Origin: an uncultured delta proteobacterium
Lineage (GTDB): Bacteria > Desulfobacterota > Binatia > UBA9968
Length of the DNA stretch: 64,000 bases
Reading direction: 5' to 3'
Assembly: GCA_963728565.1 (NCBI GenBank)
Contig: CAVSLC010000002.1
Coordinates: 96,001 to 160,000, forward strand
This document shows, piece after piece, positions 20,920-30,649 of this stretch (position 1 is its first letter; each line of letters begins with the position of its first letter). The translations under genes were made by a program, and so were the position numbers. The notes under the pieces are model-generated. The model saw nothing but the letters and a program-made list of their open reading frames with translations, did not search any database and was not told where the DNA came from.

Positions 20920-21841
20920 GTGAATCCAAAACAGCTGACAATCGAAGACGTCCAGGAGATTCTGCTCAAAGAGGACTATGTTTGCGACCGCTCATTGGCT
21001 ACCGTCGTCTATCTTTCATTGGCAATGGGTAAACCATTGCTGCTCGAAGGAGAGGCCGGAGTCGGTAAAACCGAAATCGCCAAGGTGCTTGCGAAAGTGT
21101 TGAACGCCAAACTGATCCGGCTCCAGTGCTACGAGGGCTTGGACGCCAACACGGCACTTTACGAATGGAATTATCCCAAGCAAATGTTGCGGATCAAAGC
21201 TGGAGGAGGTTCAAAGAGGAGATAAAAAGGCGGTCGAAACCGAGATCTTCAACCAGGATTACTTGCTCAAGCGCCCTCTGCTGGAGGCGATTATCAGTGA
21301 AGAGGAGAATCCCCCGGTGCTGCTTATCGACGAAATTGATCGCGCCGACGTCGAGTTTGAAGCCTTCTTGCTCGAAGTACTGTCCGACTTCCAAATCACC
21401 ATCCCCGAGATTGGCACCGTGCAAGCGAAGCAGCGGCCTTATGTCTTTTTGACTTCAAATCGGACTCGCGAAATTCATGATGCCCTAAAGCGACGTTGTC
21501 TTTATCATTGGATCGAGTATCCAACCTTTGAAAAGGAGCTGGAGATCATTTCGACCAAGTTCCCAGAGGTCGCGCCGGCAATGGCCAAGCAGATCTGCGC
21601 ATTTATGCAGCGGGTTCGCGAGATGAATTTTTACAAGAGGCCGGGTGTGGCCGAAACATTGGATTGGGCGACAGCTCTGATTGCCCTCAACCGAAAGGGA
21701 TTGGACGACAAGACTGTCGTTGAAACGATGGGCTGTGTATTCAAATATCGAGAAGATCTACACCATCTGAAAGAGCAAATCGAAGGAAAACATCTCAATT
21801 TGGATGCGTTGCTCAGGTCTTCGCCCGAATTGATGAGTTAG
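20920..21841 (+). CDS. coxD: MoxR-family AAA+ ATPase, CoxD-like; frameshift near 21198
   Basis: LLEGEAGVGKTE, RLQCYEGLD..ALYEWNY in the first ORF; LLIDEIDRAD.EFEAFLLE, TSNRTREIHDALKRRC in the second. Confidence 0.88.
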
Positions 21842-21846
21842 CGGAT

Positions 21847-23058
21847 ATGGAAATCACTCCGGAAATCGTTGCAGCTGCAGTCAACAATTTCGCGGGCGTG
21901 CGTGGACACGGTACTGTGGCCAATTTACTCGCCTTCGGGCGCGCTCTGAAGCAATTGGGGGTGAAGGTAAGTTTGAGCCAAGTCATCGACACGTCCCGCT
22001 CGCTCGATCTGGTGGATATCGGCGAGAAGGAGGATTTTCGCGCTCTTCTGCGGTCCAATTTGATTTCTCAAGTGGAGGATTTTCCTGTCTTCGACATGGT
22101 CTTCGATTGCTTCTGGCGCGAACAGAACTACGAGCGGGTGCCGATGGAAACGCTCGAGATTCAAGGAACCCCCACCGAATCTCAGGCGCAAGAAGGCGGT
22201 GAGGAGGAGGGGCTGGATGAAGCCTTTGCTGAAACCCCGGCGAAAGAGAATGTCGAGTTGGAGAATCTGGACGAGTTTTCGATTCCGACCTACAGCGCCC
22301 AAGAGCTGCTCAACCGCAAAGATTTTAGCGAAATGAGTGTCGAGGAAAGTCGCGCGATCGCCCGCGCAATCTTGCTGATTGCGACGAAAATCGCCACCCA
22401 AATCAGCCGGCGCAAGAAACACTCGCGCAAAGGGGCGACAGTGGACCCGCGCTGGACCTTGCGAAAAAACATTAAATACGGCGGCGACGTGGTCGAGTTG
22501 GTCAACCGCAAGCGCCGCATCAAAAAAACCAAGGTAGTGCTGCTTTGTGATGTCAGCGGCTCGATGGATTGTTATAGTCGATTTTTGATTCAATTCATGT
22601 ACGGATTGCAGAATGAGCTATGGGGTGTCGAGACGTTTGTTTTTAGCACCTCGCTGACCCGTATCACCCATCTGATTCGCACCAAGGATATTGCCAATGC
22701 GCTGGAGCAGATCTCCGGCAACATTTTGGGCTGGTCCGGCGGTACCAACATCGGCCGTTCTCTGCAAACCTTCAACCGAAATTTTGCTCCGGCCATGGTG
22801 ACCTCCCGGACCATCGTCGTTATCATCAGTGACGGTTGGGACCGGGGCGACGTTAGCCTACTAGAGCGGCAGATGCAGGATCTAAAGCGTCGATGTAAGA
22901 AAGTGATCTGGCTCAATCCGCTGCTCGCCAGCGAAAATTATGAGCCCTTGTGCAAGGGAATGCAGGCGGCCTTGCCGTACATCGATCTGTTCTTGTCGGT
23001 TCATAATCTCAATAGTTTGGTCGCCTTGGGGCGCACTTTACAGAAGATGGTGGCTTGA
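21847..23058 (+). CDS. coxE: VWA domain protein, CoxE-like
   Basis: CDVSGSM (MIDAS), F.FST.LTRIT, WSGGTNIG, SDGWDRG, WLNPL. Confidence 0.88.
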   Translation: MEITPEIVAAAVNNFAGVRGHGTVANLLAFGRALKQLGVKVSLSQVIDTSRSLDLVDIGEKEDFRALLRSNLISQVEDFPVFDMVFDCFWREQNYERVPMETLEIQGTPTESQAQEGGEEEGLDEAFAETPAKENVELENLDEFSIPTYSAQELLNRKDFSEMSVEESRAIARAILLIATKIATQISRRKKHSRKGATVDPRWTLRKNIKYGGDVVELVNRKRRIKKTKVVLLCDVSGSMDCYSRFLIQFMYGLQNELWGVETFVFSTSLTRITHLIRTKDIANALEQISGNILGWSGGTNIGRSLQTFNRNFAPAMVTSRTIVVIISDGWDRGDVSLLERQMQDLKRRCKKVIWLNPLLASENYEPLCKGMQAALPYIDLFLSVHNLNSLVALGRTLQKMVA

Positions 23059-23081
23059 AATCGTCTGCACGGAGGAAAATC

Positions 23082-24240
23082 ATGTCAGGTCAAGGAACGT
23101 GCTTTGAGGACCCCGCTTTGGAAGCCAAGAAGAAAGACTCGGTTTATCATCAGGTAAAAGAATTTCTCGACAAAGGCGAAACAGTCGCGGTGGCGACTAT
23201 TGTTTCGGCTAAAGGCTCGACTCCGCGAGAAGTCGGCGCGAAAATGGTGGTGACGGCCTGGGGAGAAATTCTCGGCACCATCGGCGGTGGTTGTGGCGAG
23301 GCAGACGTCAAGCGCGAAGCTATTGAAGTCATCCGCACGCGCAAACCGAGGATGGTGCGTGTGGATCTGCTCGATGACATATCGTCCGACAGCCCGGCTG
23401 TTTGCGGCGGGATCATGAATATTTTTGTCGATCCTTGGTGGGAAGAGGCGGGAGCCAGTGGCCAAGGAATGAGCGCCCTTTCTGAAGACTTGGTGCGGAT
23501 CAGCGAGCAAGGCCTATCCGCTGTTCTTGCGACGATTGTCGAAGCGGAGGGAAGCGACCGTATTCAAGCCGGCGCTAAGTGCCTGGTGGTAAACGGTAAA
23601 AGCGAAACCGAGACGATCGGCAATTCGCGCGCGGTGGAGCGGATCGTTCGTGAGAGCGAGACGATTTTAAGCGGGGAGAAGTCCAAGCTCGTTGCTGATC
23701 GAATTACCGGAGGTCGGGAGACTTCAAGTTTTTTTTGAAGTCATGTTGGCGCCGCCCAAACTGATCGTTGTCGGCGCCGGCCATATCGCTGTGCCTCTGG
23801 TTCAAATCGCCAAGGTTCTAGATTTTCACGTGACTGTCATTGACGATCGTCTCCTTTATGCCAATCGCGACAGGTTTCCGGCGGCTGATGAAGTGCTGGT
23901 TGGCGATATGGCGCAAATGTTGAAGGAGATGACGATTACTCCATCCTGTTATATCGTCCTGATTACCCGCGGACATAAGTATGATGAACCTTGTCTGCGC
24001 CAGATCCTTCACAGTAAAGCGAAATACATCGGTATGATCGGTAGCCGGCGCCGAATCAAGGCCTGCTTTCAAAGATTCCGTGACGAGGAGAAAATCGCCG
24101 AGGAAGTCATCGAGCGTGTGTACGCTCCGATAGGTCTGGATATCGCGACCGAGACACCGGCCGAAATTGCATTGTCAATTCTGGCTGAGGTGGTCAAGGT
24201 TCGTCGTGGCGGCAAGGCGGCATCGCTCTCCGGCCATTGA
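23082..24240 (+). CDS. xdhC: XdhC/CoxF molybdoenzyme maturation factor; frameshift near 23692
   Basis: GSTPREVGAKM, GTIGGGCGE, CGG; GAGHIA, TRGH.YD, YIGMIGSRRR, APIGLDI..ETPAEIALSILAE. Confidence 0.9.
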
Positions 24241-24255
24241 GCCGGCGCTTGTTTA

Positions 24256-24681
24256 TTGGACGCCGCCGTGTCGCGCAGAATCGAAGGCGTGATTTTTTCG
24301 GACCTGGGCCAAGCATCCAAATTTATGGCGCTAGACTGGGTGCAGGAAGCGCTTCGGGAAAGTTTGGGCTTTGCGCCGTACCCGGCTACTCTCAATCTGC
24401 AGCCATCAACGCCGCAGGATGCGCGGCTGTGGGAGCAAATCCAGAGAGAGGTTGCGGCGGTGCCACTGGCGCCAGTCCCAACCGGTTTCTGTAGCGCCGG
24501 GCTTTATTTTGTCAGCTTACAACGATTGGCCGACGGCGAGGAAATGGTCAGCGGAGCCGTACTACTGCCTGCCGTGGTCGATTATCCAAAAGACAAAATA
24601 GAAGTCGTTGCCCAGGTTCGAATAAAAGATGCGCTCTCTGTCAAGGACGGTGACCGCTTGGTCGTGGAGTTTGACGATTGA
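24256..24681 (+). CDS. ribK: Archaeal-type CTP-dependent riboflavin kinase (DUF120/RibK family)
   Basis: G.IFSDLGQA..F, LGFAPYPATLNL, YP.D.IEVVA...I...L..KDGD. Confidence 0.8.
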   Translation: MDAAVSRRIEGVIFSDLGQASKFMALDWVQEALRESLGFAPYPATLNLQPSTPQDARLWEQIQREVAAVPLAPVPTGFCSAGLYFVSLQRLADGEEMVSGAVLLPAVVDYPKDKIEVVAQVRIKDALSVKDGDRLVVEFDD

Positions 24682-25331
24682 ATAACAAAAAGCGACTGAT
24701 CGTTGGCATCTCCGGAGCAACCGGCGCCATTTATGGCGTTCGCATGCTCGAGATCCTGGCGAAATTGGCTGAGATCGAAACTCATCTGGTCTTGAGCAAA
24801 GCGGGTCGAATGACGATCCAGGTGGAGACTCCGTACTCGTCTAAGGATGTCGAGGCGATGGCGGATGTCGTTCACGACGTGAACAATGTCGGAGCCAGCA
24901 TCTCGAGTGGTTCCTTTCGCACCGAAGGCATGGTCATCGCGCCGTGCTCGATGAAGTCGATGAGCGGTATTGCGCATTCGCTCGGGGGCGACCTCCTGGT
25001 GCGCGCCGCTGATGTGGTATTAAAGGAGCGCAAAAAGCTTGTCCTCGTCGTCCGGGAAACCCCGCTTCACCTGGGTCATCTCGAGGCGATGGTGTCGCTG
25101 ACCCGGATGGGGGCAATTATCTTTCCACCGGTGCCGGCTTTTTATCACCGTCCCAAAACATTGGATGACGTAATCAATCAGACCGTCACTCGTATCCTGG
25201 ACCAGTTCGGCATCGATGTGAAACTATTTCATCGCTGGGATGACGAAGGAATGAGTCGTCATCCCGATGCCGGGAAAACCACCACGCTGGCGGCCGCCAA
25301 GGCGAGCCAGCGCGTCAAAAAGCAGTCGTAA
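24678..25331 (+). CDS. ubiX: Flavin prenyltransferase UbiX
   Basis: VGISGATGAIYG, ASISSGS, APCSMKS, RAADVVLKE, VRETPL, PPVPAFYHRP. Confidence 0.95.
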   Translation: MNNKKRLIVGISGATGAIYGVRMLEILAKLAEIETHLVLSKAGRMTIQVETPYSSKDVEAMADVVHDVNNVGASISSGSFRTEGMVIAPCSMKSMSGIAHSLGGDLLVRAADVVLKERKKLVLVVRETPLHLGHLEAMVSLTRMGAIIFPPVPAFYHRPKTLDDVINQTVTRILDQFGIDVKLFHRWDDEGMSRHPDAGKTTTLAAAKASQRVKKQS

Positions 25332-25349
25332 AACGCTGCTTTGCTCGAC

Positions 25350-26402
25350 ATGCCAAGCCGCCGAGAGAATAAAGCTCTCACCAAGACCCAACAGCGAAAA
25401 AAAGAACATCTCGAGCTGTGTCTCGACAGCAAAACGGTTTTGAGTCCAACAGGATCCGGTCTCGGTTCCTATAGGTTTGTTCACAACGCGTTGCCCGATC
25501 TCGATATAGACGAAATCGACACCGAGACAACCTTTCTGGGCAAGCGACTGAAGGCGCCTTTACTGATCTCCTCGATGACCGGCGGCTTCAGCTTGGCGCG
25601 AACGGTTAACCGCAACCTTGCGGCCGCGGCGCAAGAGCTCGGTTTGGCGATGGGGGTCGGGTCGCAGCGCGTCGCCATCGAGGAACCATCCGCCGCAGAA
25701 TCTTTTCAAGTCAGGGAAGTTGCCCCGGATATCCTCCTGCTCGCCAATCTCGGTGCTGTTCAACTCAATTACGGCTACGGTCTGGATCAGTGTCGACGCG
25801 CCGTGGAAATGATCGGTGCCGATGCGTTAATTTTACATCTGAACGTTCTCCAGGAAGCTGTCCAGCCCGAGGGGAACCGCAATTTTTCCGGCTTGACGGC
25901 TAAAATAGCGGCGATTTGTCGTGACCTGGAGGTCGCGGTGGTCGCCAAAGAAGTCGGCAGCGGCATCTCGGCCGAAGTGGCCGTGCGGCTTGCTCGTGCG
26001 GGCGTCAAAGCCATCGATGTCGCGGGCAAGGGCGGCACTTCCTGGTATGCCGTCGAAGCCTCCAGGGCCGCCAAGGCCGGGCAACCGGTGGATGTTTCGT
26101 TTGCCGAGTGGGGTATTCCAACCGATCAATCGCTGATTGCGGTACGGGAAGTCCTCCCGGATATGACACTGGTAGCTTCCGGAGGCATTCGCTCCGGCTT
26201 GGACATGGCGAAAGCCATAGCTCTCGGGGCCGACATGGCCGCTTTGGGTCAACCGCTGCTGGCGCCGGCATTAGAGTCCGCCGAAAAGGTGGTAAAATCG
26301 CTGCGTTCGATTATCTACGAGATCAAGGTGGCTATGTTGTGTGTCGGCGCTCGTGATCTCGGCGCTCTACGTAGAACTCCATTGTTGCGGCAACCCCGGT
26401 GA
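25350..26402 (+). CDS. fni: Type 2 (FMN-dependent) isopentenyl-diphosphate delta-isomerase
   Basis: RKKEHL, HNALP, SSMTGG, MGVGSQR, HLNVLQE..QPEG, KEVGSG, GGTSW, ASGGIR. Confidence 0.95.
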   Translation: MPSRRENKALTKTQQRKKEHLELCLDSKTVLSPTGSGLGSYRFVHNALPDLDIDEIDTETTFLGKRLKAPLLISSMTGGFSLARTVNRNLAAAAQELGLAMGVGSQRVAIEEPSAAESFQVREVAPDILLLANLGAVQLNYGYGLDQCRRAVEMIGADALILHLNVLQEAVQPEGNRNFSGLTAKIAAICRDLEVAVVAKEVGSGISAEVAVRLARAGVKAIDVAGKGGTSWYAVEASRAAKAGQPVDVSFAEWGIPTDQSLIAVREVLPDMTLVASGGIRSGLDMAKAIALGADMAALGQPLLAPALESAEKVVKSLRSIIYEIKVAMLCVGARDLGALRRTPLLRQPR

Positions 26403-26459
26403 GCGTCTCGGTCTCAGTTCGATATATGAATGCTATGCTCATTTGGTGCCGCGGCTTTT

Positions 26460-26939
26460 ATGCCTGACGATCTAAAGCAGCAGGTTATCCGCTACCTCCA
26501 GACTCATAACACCATGACCTTGGCGACTTGCGCCAACGAGGTGCCGTGGGCAGCCACGGTCTTTTATGCCAGTGAACAATGGAAGCTCTATTTTTTTTCG
26601 GCGCCGCAATCGCGCCATTGTCAAAATCTCGCTGTCAACGCTCGAGTTGCAGTCACGATCCAAGAGGATTACAAGGATTGGCGCCGGATTAAAGGAATTC
26701 AGCTGGAAGGAAAAGCGCTGTTGGTGGATTCGACTCTGGAGAAAACCAAAGCGATGGCCGTTTATGCGCGCAAGTATCCTGAGGTGATTAAGCTTTTTAC
26801 GACCCCGGGCAGCGGAGTTTTTTACCAGGCCTTTCTTAAAGTCAAATTTTACTGCGTCGTTCCTGAAAAAATGTATTTCATCGATAACGAGCAGGGCTTC
26901 GGCAAACGGCAGGAGTTGGAGTTGACGCAGCAGGCGTAG
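26460..26939 (+). CDS. PNPOx-like FMN-binding split-barrel protein (YhbP/UPF0306-like)
   Basis: TLAT...PWAATVFY, SRH..N....RVA.TI, W..IKGIQLEG, IDN..GFG.R. Confidence 0.8.
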   Translation: MPDDLKQQVIRYLQTHNTMTLATCANEVPWAATVFYASEQWKLYFFSAPQSRHCQNLAVNARVAVTIQEDYKDWRRIKGIQLEGKALLVDSTLEKTKAMAVYARKYPEVIKLFTTPGSGVFYQAFLKVKFYCVVPEKMYFIDNEQGFGKRQELELTQQA

Positions 26940-26952
26940 CAAAGGATGGACA

Positions 26953-27426
26953 ATGTCGCAAATACTCGGCAATGAGTTGACCGCGGAGCTGTTGAGCCGG
27001 TTGGATGGACGGAATGTGGAATCCTATGAAGGTAAGATCATCCCGATTTTCACGGTGGATGAATACGGCTGGCCTCACCCGGCTTTGCTGTCGTATTACG
27101 AAATGGTGGCCAAGAATCCACGTACTATCGATATGGCGCTGTGGAAGAACAGCTCAACGGCTAATAACCTCAGGCAAAGCGGTAAGGTGACCTTGATGAT
27201 CAACGATCACGCCTTGAATTATTATCTTAAGGGAACGGTGAGCCAGACCGAAGCTGAAATGTCCGGTGCCCCTGCGGTTTCACGCTTTCGCGTGACTCTG
27301 GAGCAGGTGATCGAGGATCAGGAGCCCAATGCCGAGATAACTACCGGATTAACTTACCGCCGAATGAGTCAGCGTGATCCCAACGATTTTGCCGCGAAAG
27401 TTTTCCGAGGCTTGAAAGAAAAATAG
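26953..27426 (+). CDS. PNPOx-like protein resembling UbiD/UbiX-cluster YclD/PhdC-type proteins
   Basis: L...LDG.......I...TVDE.GWPH.ALLS..E.VA......ALW..S.T..NL...GK.TL pattern. Family assignment is from recall, not a search. Confidence 0.65.
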   Translation: MSQILGNELTAELLSRLDGRNVESYEGKIIPIFTVDEYGWPHPALLSYYEMVAKNPRTIDMALWKNSSTANNLRQSGKVTLMINDHALNYYLKGTVSQTEAEMSGAPAVSRFRVTLEQVIEDQEPNAEITTGLTYRRMSQRDPNDFAAKVFRGLKEK

Positions 27427-28721
27427 TGAATCGCAAAAAAGCCATCGCCTGGATCGCAGCGGCAAGCGTCATCGGACTCGGTGGTGCCGGCTGGTGGCAG
27501 CTAAGCGATAGCCCCAAAGAACCCCCGTACGTTACCACGCCGGTACAAACGGCAAGTATCACCCAGGTGGTCTCATCAACCGGAACTCTGCAGGCGGTGG
27601 TCACTGTGCAAGTCGGCAGCCAGGTTTCCGGAACCATCGAAAAGCTCTTCGCCGATTTCAACACCAAAGTAAAAGCCGGGCAGATTGTTGCCCAACTCAA
27701 TCAGGACAAATTTAGGGCTGCCGAAGATCAGGCGCGCGCGAATTTGCTTGCGGCGGAGTCAAATATCGAGAAAAGTAAGGTCGGTGTGGCCGATACGTTG
27801 CGCACCCTCGAGCGCAACCGGCAGCTGAGAACGAAAGACTTGATGGCGCAAAGCGATCTTGACGCCGCGCAGGCGGCGTACGACGCCGCCGTTGCCCAAG
27901 TGGAGGTGAACCGGGCGCAGGCTGCGCAGGCTCAAGCCTCGTTGAAGCAGGCGACAGTAGATCTCAATAACACGGTGATTCGCTCGCCTGTGGACGGACT
28001 GGTGATCTCAAGAAACGTCGACGTCGGTCAAACGGTGGCAGCTTCACTTCAGGCGCCGACGCTGTTTACGATTGCCAACGACTTGGCGCGAATGGAAGTT
28101 CATACCAATGTCGATGAGGCGGATGTCGGCAACGTTAGAGAAGCGCAGGAAGTCACGTTCACGGTGGACGCCTTTCCGTCGCGACGCTTTAGAGGGCGCG
28201 TACATCAGGTGCGCAATGCGCCCATTGTCGTGCAAAATGTGGTGACCTATGTAGCGGTCGTCCGCATCGAGAACAAAGAGTTGCTGCTCAAACCCGGTAT
28301 GACCGCCAATGTGCAATTTCTGGTCAGCCGAAAAGAAGATATCCTGACCATCCCGAATATGGCAATGCGCTTCAAACCGCCTGAGGAGAAAGAAGAAGCG
28401 CAGGAACTTCTGCGCCGCGAACAGAGCCGAACTGCGCCAAAGGTGGGAGAGAGGCGGACCAGCCGTCAAAGCGCCGCGCGTGGAAGTGGCGCTGCGGGCG
28501 GCGGAACCAGACGGGCGCGTATCTATCTCCTCAGGGACAATAAAGCTCAACCCGTCGAAATTCAGCTAGGCATTACTGATGGATCGAGAACCGAAGTTAG
28601 AAGCGGCGATGTCAAAGAAAATGATCCGGTGATCATCGGCATGAGCAGCGCTGATTCCAGCGGTCCAGCGGTGGCCAACCCATTTCAGCCGCAGCGGTCC
28701 CGCGGTTTCGGATTGCAATGA
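27426..28721 (+). CDS. Periplasmic adaptor subunit, MacA-like
   Basis: VQVGSQVSG, IRSPVDG, GQTVAASLQAPTLF, VDEADVG, LKPGMTAN. Confidence 0.9.
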   Translation: MNRKKAIAWIAAASVIGLGGAGWWQLSDSPKEPPYVTTPVQTASITQVVSSTGTLQAVVTVQVGSQVSGTIEKLFADFNTKVKAGQIVAQLNQDKFRAAEDQARANLLAAESNIEKSKVGVADTLRTLERNRQLRTKDLMAQSDLDAAQAAYDAAVAQVEVNRAQAAQAQASLKQATVDLNNTVIRSPVDGLVISRNVDVGQTVAASLQAPTLFTIANDLARMEVHTNVDEADVGNVREAQEVTFTVDAFPSRRFRGRVHQVRNAPIVVQNVVTYVAVVRIENKELLLKPGMTANVQFLVSRKEDILTIPNMAMRFKPPEEKEEAQELLRREQSRTAPKVGERRTSRQSAARGSGAAGGGTRRARIYLLRDNKAQPVEIQLGITDGSRTEVRSGDVKENDPVIIGMSSADSSGPAVANPFQPQRSRGFGLQ

Positions 28722-29431
28722 CCGAGCTCGTTCGGGTCAAAGATCTGGTGAAAAATTATCGCATGGGCGACATGGAGGTGCCGGCACTGCGCGGCGTCAC
28801 GCTTGCTATCGGGCGTGGCGAGTTCGTCGCGGTTATGGGTTCCTCCGGCTCAGGCAAGTCGACCTTTATGAATATACTGGGTTGTCTCGATCGCCCGACC
28901 AGCGGAAAGTACTTTCTCGATGGCGATGAAGTCGGCGCATTGACGGCGGATCAATGGGCGGAAATTCGCAACCAGCGTATCGGTTTCGTCTTTCAGGGCT
29001 TCAATTTGCTAGCACGCACTACCGCCTTGGAAAATGTTGAACTGCCGATGATGTACAGCGCCTGTAACGGCAAACAGAGGCATCAGCGCGCCCTGGAAGT
29101 GCTCGGACTGGTCGGTCTCAGTGAGCGTCTTGGTCATACGCCCAATCAACTCTCCGGTGGGCAGCAGCAGCGTGTGGCTATCGCCAGAGCCCTGGTGAAC
29201 CGGCCGTCGTTGATTCTCGCCGACGAGCCCACCGGAAATCTCGATTCCGCCACCAGCGCGGAGATCATGGGATTGTTTCAGAAGCTCAACCGCGATCAAA
29301 GCATTACCATCGTTTTAGTGACTCATGAAACCGACATGGCCCAATACGCCAAGCGCCAAATTCATTTCAAGGACGGTTTGGTGGTCTCAGACCGCCTAAC
29401 CGGATCACTTCGATCATCAATGGAGCACTGA
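28718..29431 (+). CDS. ABC transporter ATP-binding protein (MacB/LolD-like)
   Basis: [33 protein letters not shown]. Confidence 0.93.
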   Translation: MTELVRVKDLVKNYRMGDMEVPALRGVTLAIGRGEFVAVMGSSGSGKSTFMNILGCLDRPTSGKYFLDGDEVGALTADQWAEIRNQRIGFVFQGFNLLARTTALENVELPMMYSACNGKQRHQRALEVLGLVGLSERLGHTPNQLSGGQQQRVAIARALVNRPSLILADEPTGNLDSATSAEIMGLFQKLNRDQSITIVLVTHETDMAQYAKRQIHFKDGLVVSDRLTGSLRSSMEH

Positions 29432-29434
29432 GCA

Positions 29435-30649
29435 ATGTTGTTCATGACACTGCGGATCGCGCTCCGTGCTCTAATGAGAAACAAGTTGCGCGCTTTTCTG
29501 ACGATGCTTGGCATCATCATTGGAGTTGGCGCCGTCATCGCAATGGTGGCGATCGGCCAAGGAGCCAAGGCAACCATTCGGGCCCAAATCGCCAGTTTGG
29601 GAACCAACGTTTTGATTATCTTGCCCGGCACTTCTGTGCAGGGCGGGGTACGGACGGGGTCCGGAGGTGTCAATACACTTGTTGATGGCGATGCCAAAGC
29701 GATGATGCGAGAGCTGCCTGCCGTTGCGTTCGCCTCGCCCGCGTTGCGCCGCAACGAACAGATTGTGGCGGGCAATCTTAACTGGCTGACCTTAACACAA
29801 GGAGTCGGGCCGGAATTTCAACAGATTCGCGATTGGCAGGTCGCCGAAGGACGATTTATTCACGATGGCGATATTGAGAGCGCCGCCAAGGTCGCGGTTA
29901 TCGGCGAGACCGTGGTTAATCAGTTATTCGGTAGCGACGATCCCATCGATGCAGTCATTCGCATCAGAAACATCCCGTTTCGAGTCGTCGGCGTGCTTGC
30001 GCCCAAAGGGCAAACAAGCCAGGGGACTGATCAAGACGACACAATCATCATTCCTTATACAACCATGCAAAAACGTTTGATGCGTATCACGTTCGTGCAA
30101 AGTATCGTTGCCTCTGCCATTGATGCCGAGCGTCTTCCGGAGGCGCAGGCACAGATCACCGCGCTGTTGCGCCAGCGACACCGCATCGGGCCGGATCGTG
30201 ACGACGATTTTTACGTTCGCAATCTCTCGGACATAGCCGAGGCTGCGTCAAGCAGCGCTCAGGTCATGGCCATGCTGCTTGGCACGGTGGCTTCGATCTC
30301 TCTACTGGTCGGAGGCATCGGGATCATGAATATCATGCTGGTCTCGGTGACCGAGCGCACCCGTGAAATTGGCATTCGCATGGCGGTGGGAGCGCGCCGC
30401 AAAGACATCATGCTGCAATTTCTGGTCGAGGCCGTGGTCATGGCGGCAACCGGAGGCTGTATCGGGATATTGCTGGGTATCGGCAGCTCCGAGATCCTCA
30501 ATGACTGGGCGCAATGGCCGACTCACATCAGCACAACGATCATTGCCATCGCTTTTTTCTTTTCCGCAGCTGTCGGAGTATTCTTCGGCTTCTATCCCGC
30601 CAGAAAAGCGGCGAATTTAGATCCCATCGACGCGCTGCGCTACGAGTGA
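29435..30649 (+). CDS. MacB-type ABC permease
   Basis: LTMLGIIIGV, VGGIGIMNIMLVSVTERTREIGIR, YPARKAA.LDPI.ALRYE. Confidence 0.93.
   Translation: MLFMTLRIALRALMRNKLRAFLTMLGIIIGVGAVIAMVAIGQGAKATIRAQIASLGTNVLIILPGTSVQGGVRTGSGGVNTLVDGDAKAMMRELPAVAFASPALRRNEQIVAGNLNWLTLTQGVGPEFQQIRDWQVAEGRFIHDGDIESAAKVAVIGETVVNQLFGSDDPIDAVIRIRNIPFRVVGVLAPKGQTSQGTDQDDTIIIPYTTMQKRLMRITFVQSIVASAIDAERLPEAQAQITALLRQRHRIGPDRDDDFYVRNLSDIAEAASSSAQVMAMLLGTVASISLLVGGIGIMNIMLVSVTERTREIGIRMAVGARRKDIMLQFLVEAVVMAATGGCIGILLGIGSSEILNDWAQWPTHISTTIIAIAFFFSAAVGVFFGFYPARKAANLDPIDALRYE

Noticed and set aside
21925-22593. Long antisense ORFs (also 33860-34450, 19047-19640, 52562-53326)
   Set aside because: Shadow ORFs opposite well-supported genes in GC-rich DNA, with no recognisable motifs.
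20920-24240. CO dehydrogenase cluster
   Set aside because: Only accessory genes are present, no coxMSL, and these families serve many Mo-hydroxylases.
24678-26402. Archaeal-type modified mevalonate pathway (UbiX plus IDI-2)
   Set aside because: No phosphomevalonate dehydratase, UbiD-type decarboxylase, isopentenyl phosphate kinase or HMG-CoA reductase in the window; cannot be excluded genome-wide.
30617-30649. 33-nt convergent overlap of rnr and the permease
   Set aside because: Short 3' overlaps are common; no functional signal.
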